64,000 bases of DNA from Felis catus (lineage: Eukaryota): positions 113,648,001-113,712,000 of the forward strand of contig NC_058373.1 of the NCBI RefSeq assembly GCF_018350175.1, in the 5' to 3' direction. Below are positions 12,217 through 25,489 of this stretch, in pieces. Within the stretch, counting starts at the first letter, position 1, and every line of letters begins with the position of its first letter. The notes under the pieces are model-generated. The model searched no databases, was not told the origin of the DNA, and saw only the letters and a list, made by a program, of their open reading frames with translations. A program made the translations under genes and the position numbers.

Positions 12217-12423
12217 GGGTTGTCCAGGTAGATCAGTCAGTTGACCATCTGACTCTTGGTTTTGGCTCAGGTGATGATCTCACGGTTCATGCATTTGAGC
12301 CCTGCATTGGGCTCCACGCTCATGGTATGGAATTGGAATTCTCTCTCTCCCTCTCTCTCTGCACCTTCCCTGCTCGTGCTTTCTTTGTCTCTCTTAAAAT
12401 AAATAAACTTAAAAAAAAAAAAA
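12217..12423 (+). mobile_element. Can-SINE, older and diverged
   Basis: Degenerate head, gactcttggttttggctcaggtgatgatctcacgg, CT tract, aataaataaacttaaaa tail. Confidence 0.9.
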
Positions 12424-14577
12424 CTTATTTGTGGTGCTGCTGAATGATTTGAACTCCCAGAGCCAGAAATGAGGATGAGCTGGGACTTCAGGACAGTTTG
12501 GAACTATTTCATCATTTTCCTGAAGAAGTGTTGCTGTATGAAGTGATTAATTTAAAAAAATGTTCCCTGAGGCCAACTCTCAAAACTGGTGGTTAGCCTT
12601 GCACTATCAAAGCAAACACTTCAGAGTCCCCTGGAGCAGAACAGGTATTAAGTAGCAAGCAATTCAAGGTCTCTGATCCCTGGCCTGCTTCATCTATGGG
12701 CCTGGCCAAGCCCTTTGGCATAGATAAGTAGAACAAGAATTTACTTTTATCTTCTCTCTCTCTCCCCTCTCTGTCTCTCTCTCTCTCCCTCCCTCCCTTC
12801 CTCCCCCTACCCCCAGGTTTCTTGGGTTTGATTCACAAAGAAAGGGCAATCATTGAAACTTTCTGTCAGCATCTTTTCATTCACCTAGAAAAGTTAAAGT
12901 CAGGTAATAATATTAATCAAAATATAAGTACACATACAGGATAAAAATAATGTTGGTGCTAATTGTATTCCATAATATTCTTTGTATAATTTTGTATCAG
13001 CCTTGGAGAATGAGGTCTGAGAGTCAGCCTCAGTTCTTTTGGTAACTTTAAGTTTACTTCTGGGCTTTTGCTAAGATAGAAATCCATTCACATTTTTCAC
13101 TTCTACCACTATTCCTTTGTATCCTGTTATTATTATTATTATTTTTTTGTTCTCCCTCTTTCTCTACCTTTCTGTTCCTCTTCGTTATTTTCCCTCTAAA
13201 GCTATAAGTAGGGTTTGGTGATGGTGAGAAAAGAAGAGGAGCAAATTTTTGTTACAGCTGGCTCAAATTCTTTCTAGGTTTGTATTTCAGGATTATTTAT
13301 AATGTCAAGTCTGTGATTTAGGTTATTATTTGCACATTTTAGGTTTCCCTGTAGCTAAATTACTGGTATTTATACAAAAAAGTTTTTTTTTTTCCTTTGT
13401 TATTTGTTCATGTAGGTGTTTCAGCCAAGATTCCTCTCTTTAGCACTGGAATATTTGAATTAGAGAAATTAAGGAAGTTGAAAAGGTTAAAGCTCATGAT
13501 TCTTGCCTTTTATCCTCATAGCTAATGACTTTTGGATATGTTTCCTGGAGAAGATAAAGGATACCTCAGTTCATACATCCTGCCTCTGCATTCCTTCCTC
13601 CAGACCTCCTGCACTCATCAGGGCCTTCTCATGAAAGCCAGTCCATTGATATTAGCTCTATCATATCTTTTAGTTTTCTTCTTTACGCATCCCATACGTC
13701 TCCACATTTACTCCACTTCCTTTTCCAGGGGGAAACCTCAGCTGTATTTAAAGGTAAACGAGGCAGAGAATTAGGAGGGGAGAGAGAGTGAGGATGGGGC
13801 AGAGGTAGGCATGAAACCAGATCAGAAGAGTTTGAGCATGGTCCTCAAAGGACGCGACTGCCTTTTCTAACCAACTGCTACCCTATTCTGCCGTATTCCT
13901 GCTGCCACCACTTCTATATTTCTAAAGAAGTTGAAAATAAGAATTAAACAAATTCATTTGAATTTCAGTCCCAGTACTCAAATAAAAGTGCTTTTCTGAA
14001 TATCTCCGAAGATGTTCTGAAGACCAAATGTCATAGTTTTTGCTTAGTTTCCATCTTTTTTGGTCACCACTGCATTTTATACAAAATTGAACATTCTCTT
14101 CCTGGAGAAAGAAAAGACTTATTGGATACAACTTTTGCCACATGAAACCTTGTCTAATCAGCCTCATTTGAAAGTGCACATTTCACTTGATGGCATTTGC
14201 AAATTCTCCTCCTCCCCCTCCCACCAGAACTTGCAATATGAAAGTGCTTCCATATGCTAAAAGCTAGTGTACTCATTTTGCTGGAGAAAAAAAGAAGAAT
14301 GTACTCTATTGACTTGCTGTCATATAAACATGAAGCTACAATGTGGGCAGGCTTGGCAATGGCAACCTCTCAGAATTCACTGTAAACAGCTCTGTAGGCC
14401 TGAGCCTCACTACTCTTCAAGACAAGAGTGGAGAGATGTTTTTTTTTCCCTACAAAAAAATAGTTAAAAATGCAATTGTGAGTTTTGTATGGTTCCAAAT
14501 ATTTAAATGCAGTTAAAATATACTATTAAACTCTGATATCTAACAGATTTGAACATTTTAAATAACTAAATACTTTT

Positions 14578-14804
14578 GGGGCGCCTGGGTGGCTCAGTCG
14601 GTTAGGTGTCCAACTTCGGTTCAGGTCATGATCTCATGGTCCGTGGGTTCGAGCCCCGCGTCGGGCTCTGTGCTGACAGCTCAGAGCCTGGAGCCTGTTT
14701 CGGATTCTGTGTCTCCCTCTCTCTGACCCTCCCCTGTTCATGCTCTGTCTCTCCTTGTCTCAAAAATAAATAAAAAACGTTAAAAAAATTAAAAAAAAAA
14801 CCAA
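14578..14804 (+). mobile_element. Can-SINE (SINEC_Fc type)
   Basis: Full length; TSD aactaaatactttt at 14564-14577 and 14805-14818. Confidence 0.97.
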
Positions 14805-15450
14805 AACTAAATACTTTTGCTTTCAGATTGTTTATGTATCGCAAGGCATTTATTCCAATAGCCACTGTCTGGTCTGGGCCCCCAATACTTATGCCTGGAT
14901 TATAGCAAGTCTTCTGCTTGATCTCCCTAGCATTAGTCATTTTCCTTTTTAACCTGTCCTACCTGGTGCCATGGGATAATCTTTCTTAAATAACATTATG
15001 CCCTTTCCTATCAATTGATCTCATTTATCCTAATCTCACCAATATTTCTCTCAAAACCTGATATATAATTTTCTTGAAGGAATCTTCATGATAATCCCAT
15101 CTGGCCCTGTTTTTACTTTTCAACCAAGCTTCTACTATATTATATTTATGCTGACTTATTGAAGACTTTTTTTTATTGCTGAATAATTTCCTTTCCAAGT
15201 GGATATCAGTGTGATAGAAATACTATCTTCTATTTCTTTTGATTGGAGTCTTATACACTTCTGAGCAAATAATGGACATTAAATATATGTTCTGTTACTG
15301 CAGGTTATTAAATTAAAAATTATGGCTATTTGTTTAAATTATATAAATTATTAAATGAAAGAACTGAGTGATGGTGCCTGCACAATGCTTACTATGTACT
15401 AGAGACTATAAAATAAATCCTACTGAAGTCTATACTTTGTCTTCTTTAAG

Positions 15451-15776
15451 GATATATATAATATATCTTTATATATATATATCTTTATATATATATAAAG
15501 ATATAATTTACAATATATATTTATATATTTAAATATTTATATATATTAAATATATATTTATATATTATATATTATATATATGATATATATAATATATAAT
15601 ATATATTATATAATATAATATATATAATATATAATATATATTATATAATATAATATATAATATATATCTTTATATATATAATATATGTAATATAATATAT
15701 ATAATATATATATTTAAAGATATATATATATATAAAGACATATATAAGATATATATAAAGATATATATATATATAT
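15451..15776. repeat. AT-rich (TA)n-like tract with internal palindromes
   Basis: About 325 bp almost purely A/T; perfect 28-bp palindrome at 15478-15505. Confidence 0.95.
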
Positions 15777-15806
15777 TGCTTGGCTTTTAGAATTGATGGT
15801 TTTATC

Positions 15807-15847
15807 TTTAAAAAAAATTTTTTTTAAATGTTTATCTTTGAGATGCA

Positions 15848-15889
<42 letters not shown>

Positions 15890-16047
15890 TGTGAGCAGGA
15901 GGGGTGCAGAGAGAGAGGGGGAGACACAAAATCTGAAGCAGGCTCCAGGCTCTGAGCTGTCAGCACAGAGCCTGACGCAGGGCTCAAACTCATGAGCTGT
16001 GAGACCATGACCTGAGCCGAAGTCAGTCGCTTCACTGACTGAGCCAC
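15807..16047 (-). mobile_element. Can-SINE (SINEC_Fc type) lacking the first ~11 nt, with (CA)18
   Basis: Body ends at ...actgactgagccac directly before the next SINE; (CA)n at 15850-15885. Confidence 0.93.
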
Positions 16048-16048
16048 A

Positions 16049-16258
16049 GGGGCACCTGGGTGGCTCAGTTGGTTAAGCATCTGACTCTTGATCTTGGCTC
16101 AGGTCTGATCTCAAAGTTCATGAGATCGAACCCTGCATCAGGCTCTGCGCTGTCAGTGCAGAGCCAGCTTGGGATTCTCTCTCTCCCTCCCTCTCTCTCT
16201 GCCCGTCCCCTGTGTGCACTCTTTCTCTCTCAAAAATGAATAAACTTGAAAAAATAAA
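16049..16258 (+). mobile_element. Can-SINE, older subfamily, head-to-head with the previous copy
   Basis: ggggcacctgggtggctcagttggttaagcatctgactcttg...aaaaatgaataaacttgaaaaaataaa. Confidence 0.95.
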
Positions 16259-16704
16259 CTCCTGAAGGAAAGCTTAAAGAGAAAAATATTTGTTCCCTTG
16301 GATATTTCTTGTCTATAACTCCAAAAGCATGATTTGTAAAAGAACAAATTGATAAATTGAACTTCTTCAAAGTTAGAGATTTCTATTCTTTAAAAGGTAA
16401 TAAAAAGACAAGCCACAGAGTATGAGTTAATATTTACAAGACCTACATATGATAAAGGACTTATACTCAGAATATATAAAGAACCCTGAAAACTAAATAA
16501 TAAGAAACTAGACAACCCAACAAAAGATAGACAGAGAAAGGATTTGAACAGCTCTTTTACCAAAGAAGATATATGGATGACAAATGAGCACATGAAAAGA
16601 AGCTCAACATCATTAATTAGGGAAATGCAAATTAAAATGAGTGCAAATTAAAATGAGATACCACACTTATTGGTATGACTATAGTTAAAAAGACTGACTA
16701 TATA

Positions 16705-16905
16705 GGGGTTCCTGGCTGGTGCAGTTGGTTGGGCATCTGACTCTCGATTTTGGCTCAGGTTATGATTTCACAGTTCATGAGTTCGAGCCCTGCATTGGGT
16801 TCTGCACTGATGGTGTGGACCTGCTTGGGCTTCTGTCTCTCCTTCTCTCTGCCCCTCCCCTGCTTGTGGTCTCTCTTTCTCTCTAAATAAACTTAAAAAA
16901 AAAAA
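16705..16905 (+). mobile_element. Can-SINE
   Basis: Degenerate TSD aaaaagactgactata / aaaaagattgactgta. Confidence 0.93.
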
Positions 16906-17019
16906 AAAAAGATTGACTGTACCAAGTGTTGGCAAGGATGTGGAGGATCTAGAACTCTCATGCCCGGCTGGTGGGAACATAAAATAGTACAACCACTTTC
17001 AAAAGCAGTTTTGCAGTTA

Positions 17020-17369
17020 TTTTTCTTTTTTCCAAATTCATTGAGATATAATTGACATATAACATGTGAAAGCAAGGCATACAAAGTATTGAGTTGATAC
17101 TTTTATATATTGCAAAAGGATTGCCACCATAGCATTAACTAATGTACATCACATTGCATAATTAGCATTTCTTTTTTGTAGTGAGAACATTAAGATCTAC
17201 TCTCTTAGCAAGTGTTAAGTATATAATACAGTATTATTAGCTGTTATCATTATGGTGTGTATTAAATCCCCAGAACTTGCTAACCTTTTAAGCAGAAGTT
17301 TGAACCTTTTGACTAATATCTCCCCATTTCCCCTACCCTCTGTTCCTGATAACTACCACTCTACTCTCT
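17020..17369 (-). mobile_element. L1 3' end (L1MA-like) nested in the older L1
   Basis: ttgagatataattgacatataac...gtgagaacattaagatctactctcttagcaa...ccactctactctctg; flanks tgcagttattt / ggcagtttctt. Confidence 0.85.
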
Positions 17370-17814
17370 GGCAGTTTCTTAAATGTTAAAAATATACCTA
17401 CCATATGGTCCAGCCATTCTACTTAGCTTTTTACCCAAGAGAATTAAAAGCATATTTTCATATAAGACTTACACATGAATATAATAGCAGTCTTATTTTG
17501 TAATAGTTTCAAACTGGAAATCATCCAAGTGCCCATCAACAAGTGAATGGATAAACAAACTGTAGTGTATCAATACAAGGGAATACTACTTGACAATGAA
17601 AAAATACTAAGTATTGGCACATGCAACAACATGGACAGCTTTTAAAATAATTAGGCTGAATGAAAGAAGACAGACAAAAAACAAGAGTACATACTGTATA
17701 ATTTCATTTGTTTAAAATTCTAGAAACTGAAAACTACCGTATAGTGATAGCAGATCACTGGTGTCTAGGGATGAGAGTAGGGGAAGAGGAAGGGATTAAA
17801 CAGAGACAGAAAGA

Positions 17815-18036
17815 GGGGCGCCTGGGTGGCTCAGTTGGTTGGGCGTCCAACTTCGGCTCAGGTCACGGTCTTGTGGTTTGTGAGTTCGAGCCCCGTGTCA
17901 GGCTCTGTGCTGACAGCTCAGAGCCTGGAGCCTGCTTTGGATTCTGTGTCTCCACCTCTCTCTGCCCATCCCATACTCATGCTCTGTCTCTCTCTGTCTC
18001 TCAATAATAGATAAACGTTAAAAAAAATTTTTTTTT
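17815..18036 (+). mobile_element. Can-SINE (SINEC_Fc type)
   Basis: TSD aaacagagacagaaaga at 17798-17814 and 18037-18053. Confidence 0.97.
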
Positions 18037-19189
18037 AAACAGAGACAGAAAGAAACCATTGGGGGTAATTGATATTTTCATTATCTTAATTGTGGTGATC
18101 ATTTTGCAGGTGTATGTATAATTCAAAGGTAATCAAATTATACTTTAAAAATACTTGCAGTTTTTCATAGCTCAATAAAATTGTATCTCAACTAAAAAAG
18201 GAAACAAATATTGTAAAGAGGTGTTAGGGGTACAGTTCAGCAGCAAAAGCAGTATCATTTAATATATATACATTGTTATAGTATAAATATAAACATAAAT
18301 ATAACAACATATATTATTGAAGAGACCGACATGTCACCTGTTATCTTTGGTTTTATAGAGTTGCTGGAATGGTATCAAAGGAGATCATTTTATAAAGGAA
18401 ATTATTACACCCTGAGCATCTAGCAGCCATCTTTCACTCTGCATAGAGGATCTATACAGCTACAATGATAACGATAAAAAAAGGAACAGCAAGTTCTAGT
18501 AGACCATCTCAATCTTTATCTATTGTTTTCCTTTTTTTCACTTCCTTGATAAAGCCTCTATATTGTTGATTCTTCTCAGTGTGTTCTCTTAAACCAAATT
18601 ATTACTAAAATACGAATGAATCCATTAAAACTATGTATTACTATTACATGGTATTGGTTAAACAACTAATTTCCAAAATAACTTGGGGAAGTTAAATATT
18701 GTGTTTTATTATCAGTGAGGAACGAGAACCAAGCAATATAGTGGTTAAAGTAAGAATCTAAGTCAAGTAGAATGATAGGATTATCTTTGTAGTTCATATA
18801 TTGTACTTAATTTATCCATTATGAAAATAGGTTCAGATCTCACTGGTCTGTTTATTAAAAAAAAAAAAAAAGAATTCTGCATAGGCCACCTTATGTTGAC
18901 ATCATTGTGAATAAAAGAAAATAATGAGTTTATACTAAGGTTCAATGACACCACTTGGACAGCTCTGCACTAACATGTATCAATGCACAAAATAAATACA
19001 AATTTGTCAGTATTTTCCTATTGCAAACTACCACCTAAATTATGAGGTAGCTGACAATAGGGATGAATTTTACTTTCTATATATAATGATGTTTAAGAGA
19101 TACTTAAACTTGATTTTAAGGCTCTGCAATGATTTAAGATGAGCCCACAGAGCTATAGTCCTTAGTTTTTTATATGTTCTCAATTATAG

Positions 19190-19378
19190 AGGACCTGGGT
19201 GGCTCAGTTGGTTGAGTGTCCAACTTCAGCTCAGGTCATGATCTCGCGGTTCATGAGTTTGAGCCCCACAGCGCTCTGGCTGCTGTCAGTGCAAAGCCCA
19301 CTTCAGATCCTTTATCCCCAATTTCTTTGCCTCTCCCCCACTTGCCCTCTCTCAAAAATAAATAAATACTTTACAAAA
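19190..19378 (+). mobile_element. Can-SINE
   Basis: TSD gttctcaattatag at 19176-19189 and 19379-19392. Confidence 0.95.
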
Positions 19379-19580
19379 GTTCTCAATTATAGTAATAAGC
19401 ATATCATATCAGCTATTTGGTTTTTTTTATATTTTGGAGGAAAAAGTGTGACCAGCTGGCAGTTTGGATTAGAAATAGCAATGACAAAACAAGTGGTCTG
19501 TGCTGAAAATCGTTAGGTATTATCTCTTGATGGAAAATCACCTTGGTGGAATGAAAACAACCTAGGTCTATAGTGATACA

Positions 19581-19920
19581 CAGTTGACCCTTGAACAATG
19601 TGGAGTTTAGGGGTACTGACCCCTGCACAATCAAAATTCTGCACATAACCTTTGACTTCTCCAAAACTTAACTACTGATAGCTTACTGTTGACCAGAAGC
19701 CTTACATATAACATAAACAGTCAATTAACATATATTTTATATGTTATATGTATTACATACTGTATTCTTACTATAAAGTAAGCTAGAGTAAAGAAACTGT
19801 TATTAAGAACATCATAAGGAAGAGAAAATACATTTATAGTACTGTCTTGTATTTATTGAAAAATGTCTACATGTAGGGGGACCCACGAATTTCAAACCCG
19901 TATTATTTAAGAGTTAGCTG
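19581..19920. mobile_element. Tigger2a-like Tc1/mariner MITE
   Basis: TIRs cagttgacccttgaacaa... / ...ttatttaagagttagctg followed by TA; internal ttaactactgatagcttactgttgaccagaagccttac. Confidence 0.88.
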
Positions 19921-20415
19921 TAATTTAGGCAACTAAAAAAATTAGGCAGAATGAAGTTTTCATTTAAGATTTACTTTGATTCTTAGAAGTTCTGGCAATT
20001 CCTGATGAATAATCTAGTAATAATTTATGTATCTTTCTGAACTAATTTTGCAAGACACTGCCAGGTATTAATTGTAAACATTGGTGATTTCAAGACATCT
20101 CTTAGTCTAAACTTTATAAGTTTCTCATTACCTATGTATGTCCTTTCTCCTTTCACAGTCTATCATCAATCTGACCATTAACATTTTGTGTCACTGCTCT
20201 TCTGTATGAATTGCCAAAACTGCTGTTTTTTTTTTTTTTTTACACTTCTTCGCCTTTTGTGTGTCTTTATTCATTTTGGCCCCTCTGCCTTTCTCTCCTC
20301 TCTATTTACCCATCTAAGCCCTACAATACTTCAGATGCCACATTAGTCAGACCTTTTGTGGCATTCTATCTATACATATTATATATGCCTCTTTTGTGAT
20401 TAGAGTTGTCTATGC

Positions 20416-20675
20416 CTGTGGTCACCAAGGTAGGGGTAGGGATAGAGGATGCAAGGATGCTCTACCGTGGTGCACAAAGAAAATATTAGAACTTTACACA
20501 TAAAAAAATAAAAATTAACTAGGATGAGATGAAAATATATGCCAAGTTGTATAATGTACAAAACCAATTAATCCCCAAATTGAAGTAATAAGATAATTAA
20601 AATACATATATTGACGGGGTGTCTGCCCAAATGCTTTCCTAATGAGGCACACACTAAAAAGTTGGGAGACTACTG
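20416..20675. mobile_element. hAT-Charlie-type MITE
   Basis: Ends ctgtggtcacca / gggagactactg; 8-bp TSD gtctatgc (20408-20415) / atctatgc (20676-20683). Confidence 0.75.
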
Positions 20676-20799
20676 ATCTATGCTATTAATCATATATCCC
20701 AAATTGTCAGGTCTTTTTCTTCTTTGTAAAGTTAGATTTAAGATTGAATTAGATAATTTCTAAGGTCTTTTTTAGCTTAAATGTTCATTGAATTAAAAA

Positions 20800-21520
20800 A
20801 TTTATTAAAAAAAAATTTCAAGCACACAGAAAAGTTACAAGTGTGGTGTAATTAACTCCCATATGCCATTCACTTAGTTTTACCCACTGTGCCACATTTC
20901 CTTTCTCTCTTAAATATACATATACATACATATTATTATGCTTTTGTTAGAATCATTTGCTAGTAAATTGCAAAGGTTGTGACCATTCACCCTAAATACT
21001 TCAGCCTGTTTTTTCTTTATTTAAATTTTTTTAAACGTTTATTTATTTTTGAGAGAGAGAGAGAGAGAGATAGTGAATGAGTGGAGGAGGGGCAGAGTGA
21101 GAGGCAGACAGAGGATCCCAAGCATGCTCTGTGCTGACAGCAGTGAGCCTGATGCGGGGCTTGAACTCATAAACCGTGAGATCTTGACCAAAGTTGGACA
21201 CCTAACTGACTAGGCCACCCAGGTGCCCGTAGCATGTTTCTTTTAAGAACAAAGATACTCTTTTACATGACTATAGTATATTCATCAAACTCAGTGCTAT
21301 ATTATTATTTACTTTATGGTCCATATTCAGATTTTTCCTATTTTCCAGTACGAATTTTATAGCTACTTTCCCCCCAATCCTAGGATTAGGTGCTAGGAAA
21401 TTTTTTGGCATGTATCTTTAGTTTTCTTTACTAGAGCAGTTTTTAGGTTTTGTCTTTCATAGCATTCACACTTAAAGAGTATAGGTTTTTTCTACTTTTG
21501 TAGAAAGTCTCATTTGGGTT
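20800..21520 (-). mobile_element. Old L1M 3'UTR fragment
   Basis: aaatttcaagcacacagaaaagtt...cacccta aatacttcagc...ttaagaacaaagatactcttttacatgactatag. Confidence 0.65.
21012..21228 (-). mobile_element. Can-SINE
   Basis: Tail, (GA)n and head ...ggccacccaggtgccc; degenerate TSD agcctgttt/agcatgttt. Confidence 0.93.
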
Positions 21521-23144
21521 TGCATAACTGTTTCCACTGTACCTTGATGTTTTTCCTTTGTTGTAGTTTAATTCTTTCTGTGTGGGCACACATGTGCTGT
21601 GTGCTTATATGTGAGTCCTTTTTCCCAAACTACATTGTAAGTTTCTTGGAGACAGAGATGATTCATCCTCTTAATTTTTGTTCTTCACACTTCTAAGCAC
21701 TTATAATAATAGTTGGCCTATAATAAAAATTAAATATATTCATAAGTCAAAAGTTCTTGCATATTCTATAGATTAAAAGGATGCTTTAAAACATACAGAG
21801 AAGGATATATCAGATTAATTAACTCTTAGTAATTATTAGGAGGTCAAAGAATACCATGGTAACAATGGAAGTATTGTTTTATTTTATTGAATCTTAAAGG
21901 AATTGGCTACTATAGAGTGTAATATAATATGGGGCATGCACACAACACATGTGAATCCTGTACTAATTAACATGTGTAATTTCTTTTCATTGTTCCTCTG
22001 AGGAAGCCCTTTATAATAATGTTTGACCTCTTTTCCATATACAGTGTTCCAAAATATCATTTGCATGTGACCTGGTATTTCAGTGGGCAGTGAAATTACC
22101 ATGAAAGATCTTGGACTTTTAAAAATATGTTTCTCAAGACTGGAAACGTTCAAGGTTGTCAGGAAAAAAGATCTTTTATTATCCTTAATTATCCTTTCTT
22201 TATCAACTAAGCAAAGTTTTAAGAAAGTGGCTCACCCTAAGTTTTAAGAGCAGGCACAAGTTGTAAGTTTTCCATTTTGAAGCCAGCATCTGAAAGATGT
22301 ATTACAGCCTTTTAGAGGTTCTGATTTCCCCGAAGCCCTTTACTTATTTGTAAAGGTTCATAGTAAGCTTGAATTTGTTATCTAGGATTATTTAGGATTT
22401 TTAAATCAGTAGGCTTTATGGAACTCCCAGAACATTGTTTTCTCTAGTTTTGATGAAGAACATGTAATATACTTAGTATTGACTTTCTTAACTCTTGTCT
22501 GGGTCAATTATTATATCAGTTGATTCTTTATCTCTGAAGGCCCATTCTAACTGTACATGTATCTGAACTTAACTGAATAACTCCTCATTACTCAGCACAT
22601 ACTTTAGTGAAGATATTCTTAGGAGTAACGGCTGACATTCTCCATATTGTGGTTTGTCTGTGTGTATGTGCCTGTGGATAACTTGGCAGTTGCTTCCTCG
22701 GCAAAATAACAGTCAGTGTGGTTCAGCCAAAGTTTAGAGGAATGAAATAGCTGAAATGAGAGTTTTTTGTATAATGCTGAGAGATACTCATCCTCAGTCC
22801 TTTCTTACTGAATTGCTCAGGTAGTAGCTAGTGTTCCATTGCCTTGGAAAACATTGAAAACAATAATACAAAGCAAACAAAATCCAACAACAACCAGCAA
22901 ACAGGAAATATCAGGTAGTTCAGATGATCTGCTTTCTTGCCACAGTATGAAGCCAAGAACTTTTCCTTGTAATTCAAAAATGTATGCTTCCATCAGAATC
23001 TGATTTAGAAAATGAAAAACACCATCAGATATATTTTTTCCAGGATCAGGCTTAATAGAAAACTGATGATGCACTAATCTTTTCACAGACACGACTTGGG
23101 AATATTTCATGTTTGCCAATCTTTTTAAAAAATAGTTTTTTTTA

Positions 23145-23365
23145 GGGGCGCCTGGGTGGCGCAGTCGGTTAAGCGTCTGACTTCAGCCAGGTCACGATCT
23201 CGCGGTCCGTGAGTTCGAGCCCCGCGTCAGGCTCTGGGCTGATGGCTCAGAGCCTGGAGCCTGTTTCCGATTCTGTGTCTCCCTCTCTCTCTGCCCCTCC
23301 CCCGTTCATGCTCTGTCTCTCTCTGTCCCAAAAATAAATAAACGTTGAAAAAAAAAATTAAAAAA
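23145..23365 (+). mobile_element. Young SINEC_Fc-type SINE
   Basis: CpGs intact; TSD aaaaaatagttttttt at 23127-23142 and 23366-23381. Confidence 0.98.
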
Positions 23366-25462
23366 AAAAAATAGTTTTTTTGAGGCATATTTCTATTACA
23401 GCAGGAAGAAGAACTATGATTCATTGAACTGTGTAAATTAAAGGCAAGGTCAAGGAACCAGCCATTGAAAGTGATGGCCCCTAAAAAAATTAAATAAATA
23501 AATAAATAAATAGAGATGGCCCCTATGTATTCAAAGTACTTTAATCTTCTATTTTGACACGTTGAAATTTTAATTATATGTGATGCTATTTGATTATTAT
23601 ACACTTAGACTATTATAATGTGGTTGGTAAAATGTAGTTTATACTATACAATATCTTTATCCATTTTTCTTTAGTTATGAATTTGCTGAGAGATGTTTTA
23701 GTTTTATTTAAATGAAAACTTAGATTTCTGAATCAGCAGATGCTTAAAAAGTAAATATTTGTCAGGCAAAGTATGATTCCTATAAAATAAGGATTATCAG
23801 TGGGCTCTGTTGGACACAGTGTCCAACAGTGTCCAGGTAACAAAATTATGTATGATTATTATTTTTGATGTATCCCCTAACTGGCTGCTTGACTTCAGGC
23901 AAATCATTTAAGTTCTCCAGACCTTTGAAAAATGAAACCTGTAGACTAGATGATATCCAGATTTCAACTCTGAAATTCTGTGATTCTACTCTTTTATGAT
24001 GTCTATGATAGATGCAATGCAGAATACATTAGAAATTCCTGACACATTTTCTAAAAGAAAGATATTTTTAAAATATTGCGTGAGTTAATGGTTTTTGGTC
24101 TTGCATTTTGATATGGAAATGAGATACTTAAAATAACAACCACAACCACAGCTACATGACTTTTAATTTTTGCTAAGGTAGAGGGTGGCAGGTTGATGGG
24201 CAACCCCGCTATAAGGCCACAATTGTAGAGAGAACTTGCATTTGGAATTTCCTGTGTTATGCCATTACCTTAGCCTGGAGGATATAATTTCTTTCTTTGA
24301 AATTGCCTGCCTTGCTTGCATTTACATGCCTACCCCTGAATTTTTCCCAGTGTAGGCTGTTATATGCCTCACCTATAAAACATCCTTAAGTTTGAACCTG
24401 ATTCTAATTTTCCAGAGGAAATTACAAAATGATTCTTTTTTTTTCAAATGGTAGCCAGGTATAGTGATTTGACTTTTAACACCATTTAATTAATTTTGTC
24501 AGTGTTCCTAATAGGACAATCAAGTAAAAGCAAAAGCAAAAATGGATAAACAAAATCTTTCAAGTCCAGTGGCTATTTAGAGAATATCAGTAAGGAGTGT
24601 AGTATTTCATGTGTTTTTATTCTGAATTGGCTTCTCTTTTTCATATGATCAGTTCTTTACTTGCTAAGATGTCTTCTGTCCCTAACTGTCCCTAACTACA
24701 GCCAGGACCCCCTAGAAACATGCATAGTAATAGGTCTATAGTAGAAACTCAATAAATATTTAAGTGAATTGCAATTTCAGAAACATTTCATTAAACTTAA
24801 AGATTTAAAAGATTAATGAATGCCCGAAGTTATGAATTTTTTAACAAATGTTAGAATTATCTTTGTAGTATATTTTTCTTCATTTTTAACTGACCGTAAA
24901 ATTCATTACTTTAAATTCTGATCTGTCATGAACAATTACTGGGTATGATTACTGCCTAAGAACCAAGCATTGATACTTTGAGTTTTTTAACTGAAGAATC
25001 ATAGTAGCTTTTACCTATTAGTACTTTGGTATATTTTAAAGCTAAAAACCTATAAATGTGTATAATTTGTGGTAAGTAGGTGATAGAGTGAAAAGCAAAC
25101 CCAAAAAGGAATGGCTGTACAGCTGCATCTGAAGCTATTCTCTTCTTTGCTCACAGACTATAGCTGTGTTAACATTTTAGCATTTGTTTCTTTTCAGAGA
25201 GGGTGAAAAGTGAAACCTTAATATGAACCATTTCAAGGTAGTTAACTCCATAGCATATACTAATGGAGAAGAAGAGTAGTGCAGACAAGTCAAAAATAGT
25301 AGATAATGACTGCTCCTCTTTATTAGTATAAAGAACATGGGAAGGGCAGTTGGGAACAGGAGCTGGGTGGGCATTTAAATTTGGAAAACTCATTGTTGCT
25401 ATTTTTTTTCCCTGTGCTTCTGTCTGCAGCTTGGTCAGGATCCCTTGGGATGGAGCTTTAGC

Positions 25463-25489
25463 GGGGGGGGGGGGGGGGGGGGAGGGGGG
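25463..25489 (+). repeat. Poly-G tract (G20-A-G6)
   Basis: Seen directly. Confidence 0.95.

Larger units (their letters stand above)
16340..18200 (+). mobile_element. Old L1M ORF2 3' end plus 3'UTR, with nested insertions
   Basis: L1 motifs gataaattgaacttcttcaaa, ttttaccaaagaagatatatggatgacaaatgagcacatgaaaaga, tgcccatcaacaagtgaatggataaacaaa. Confidence 0.88.
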
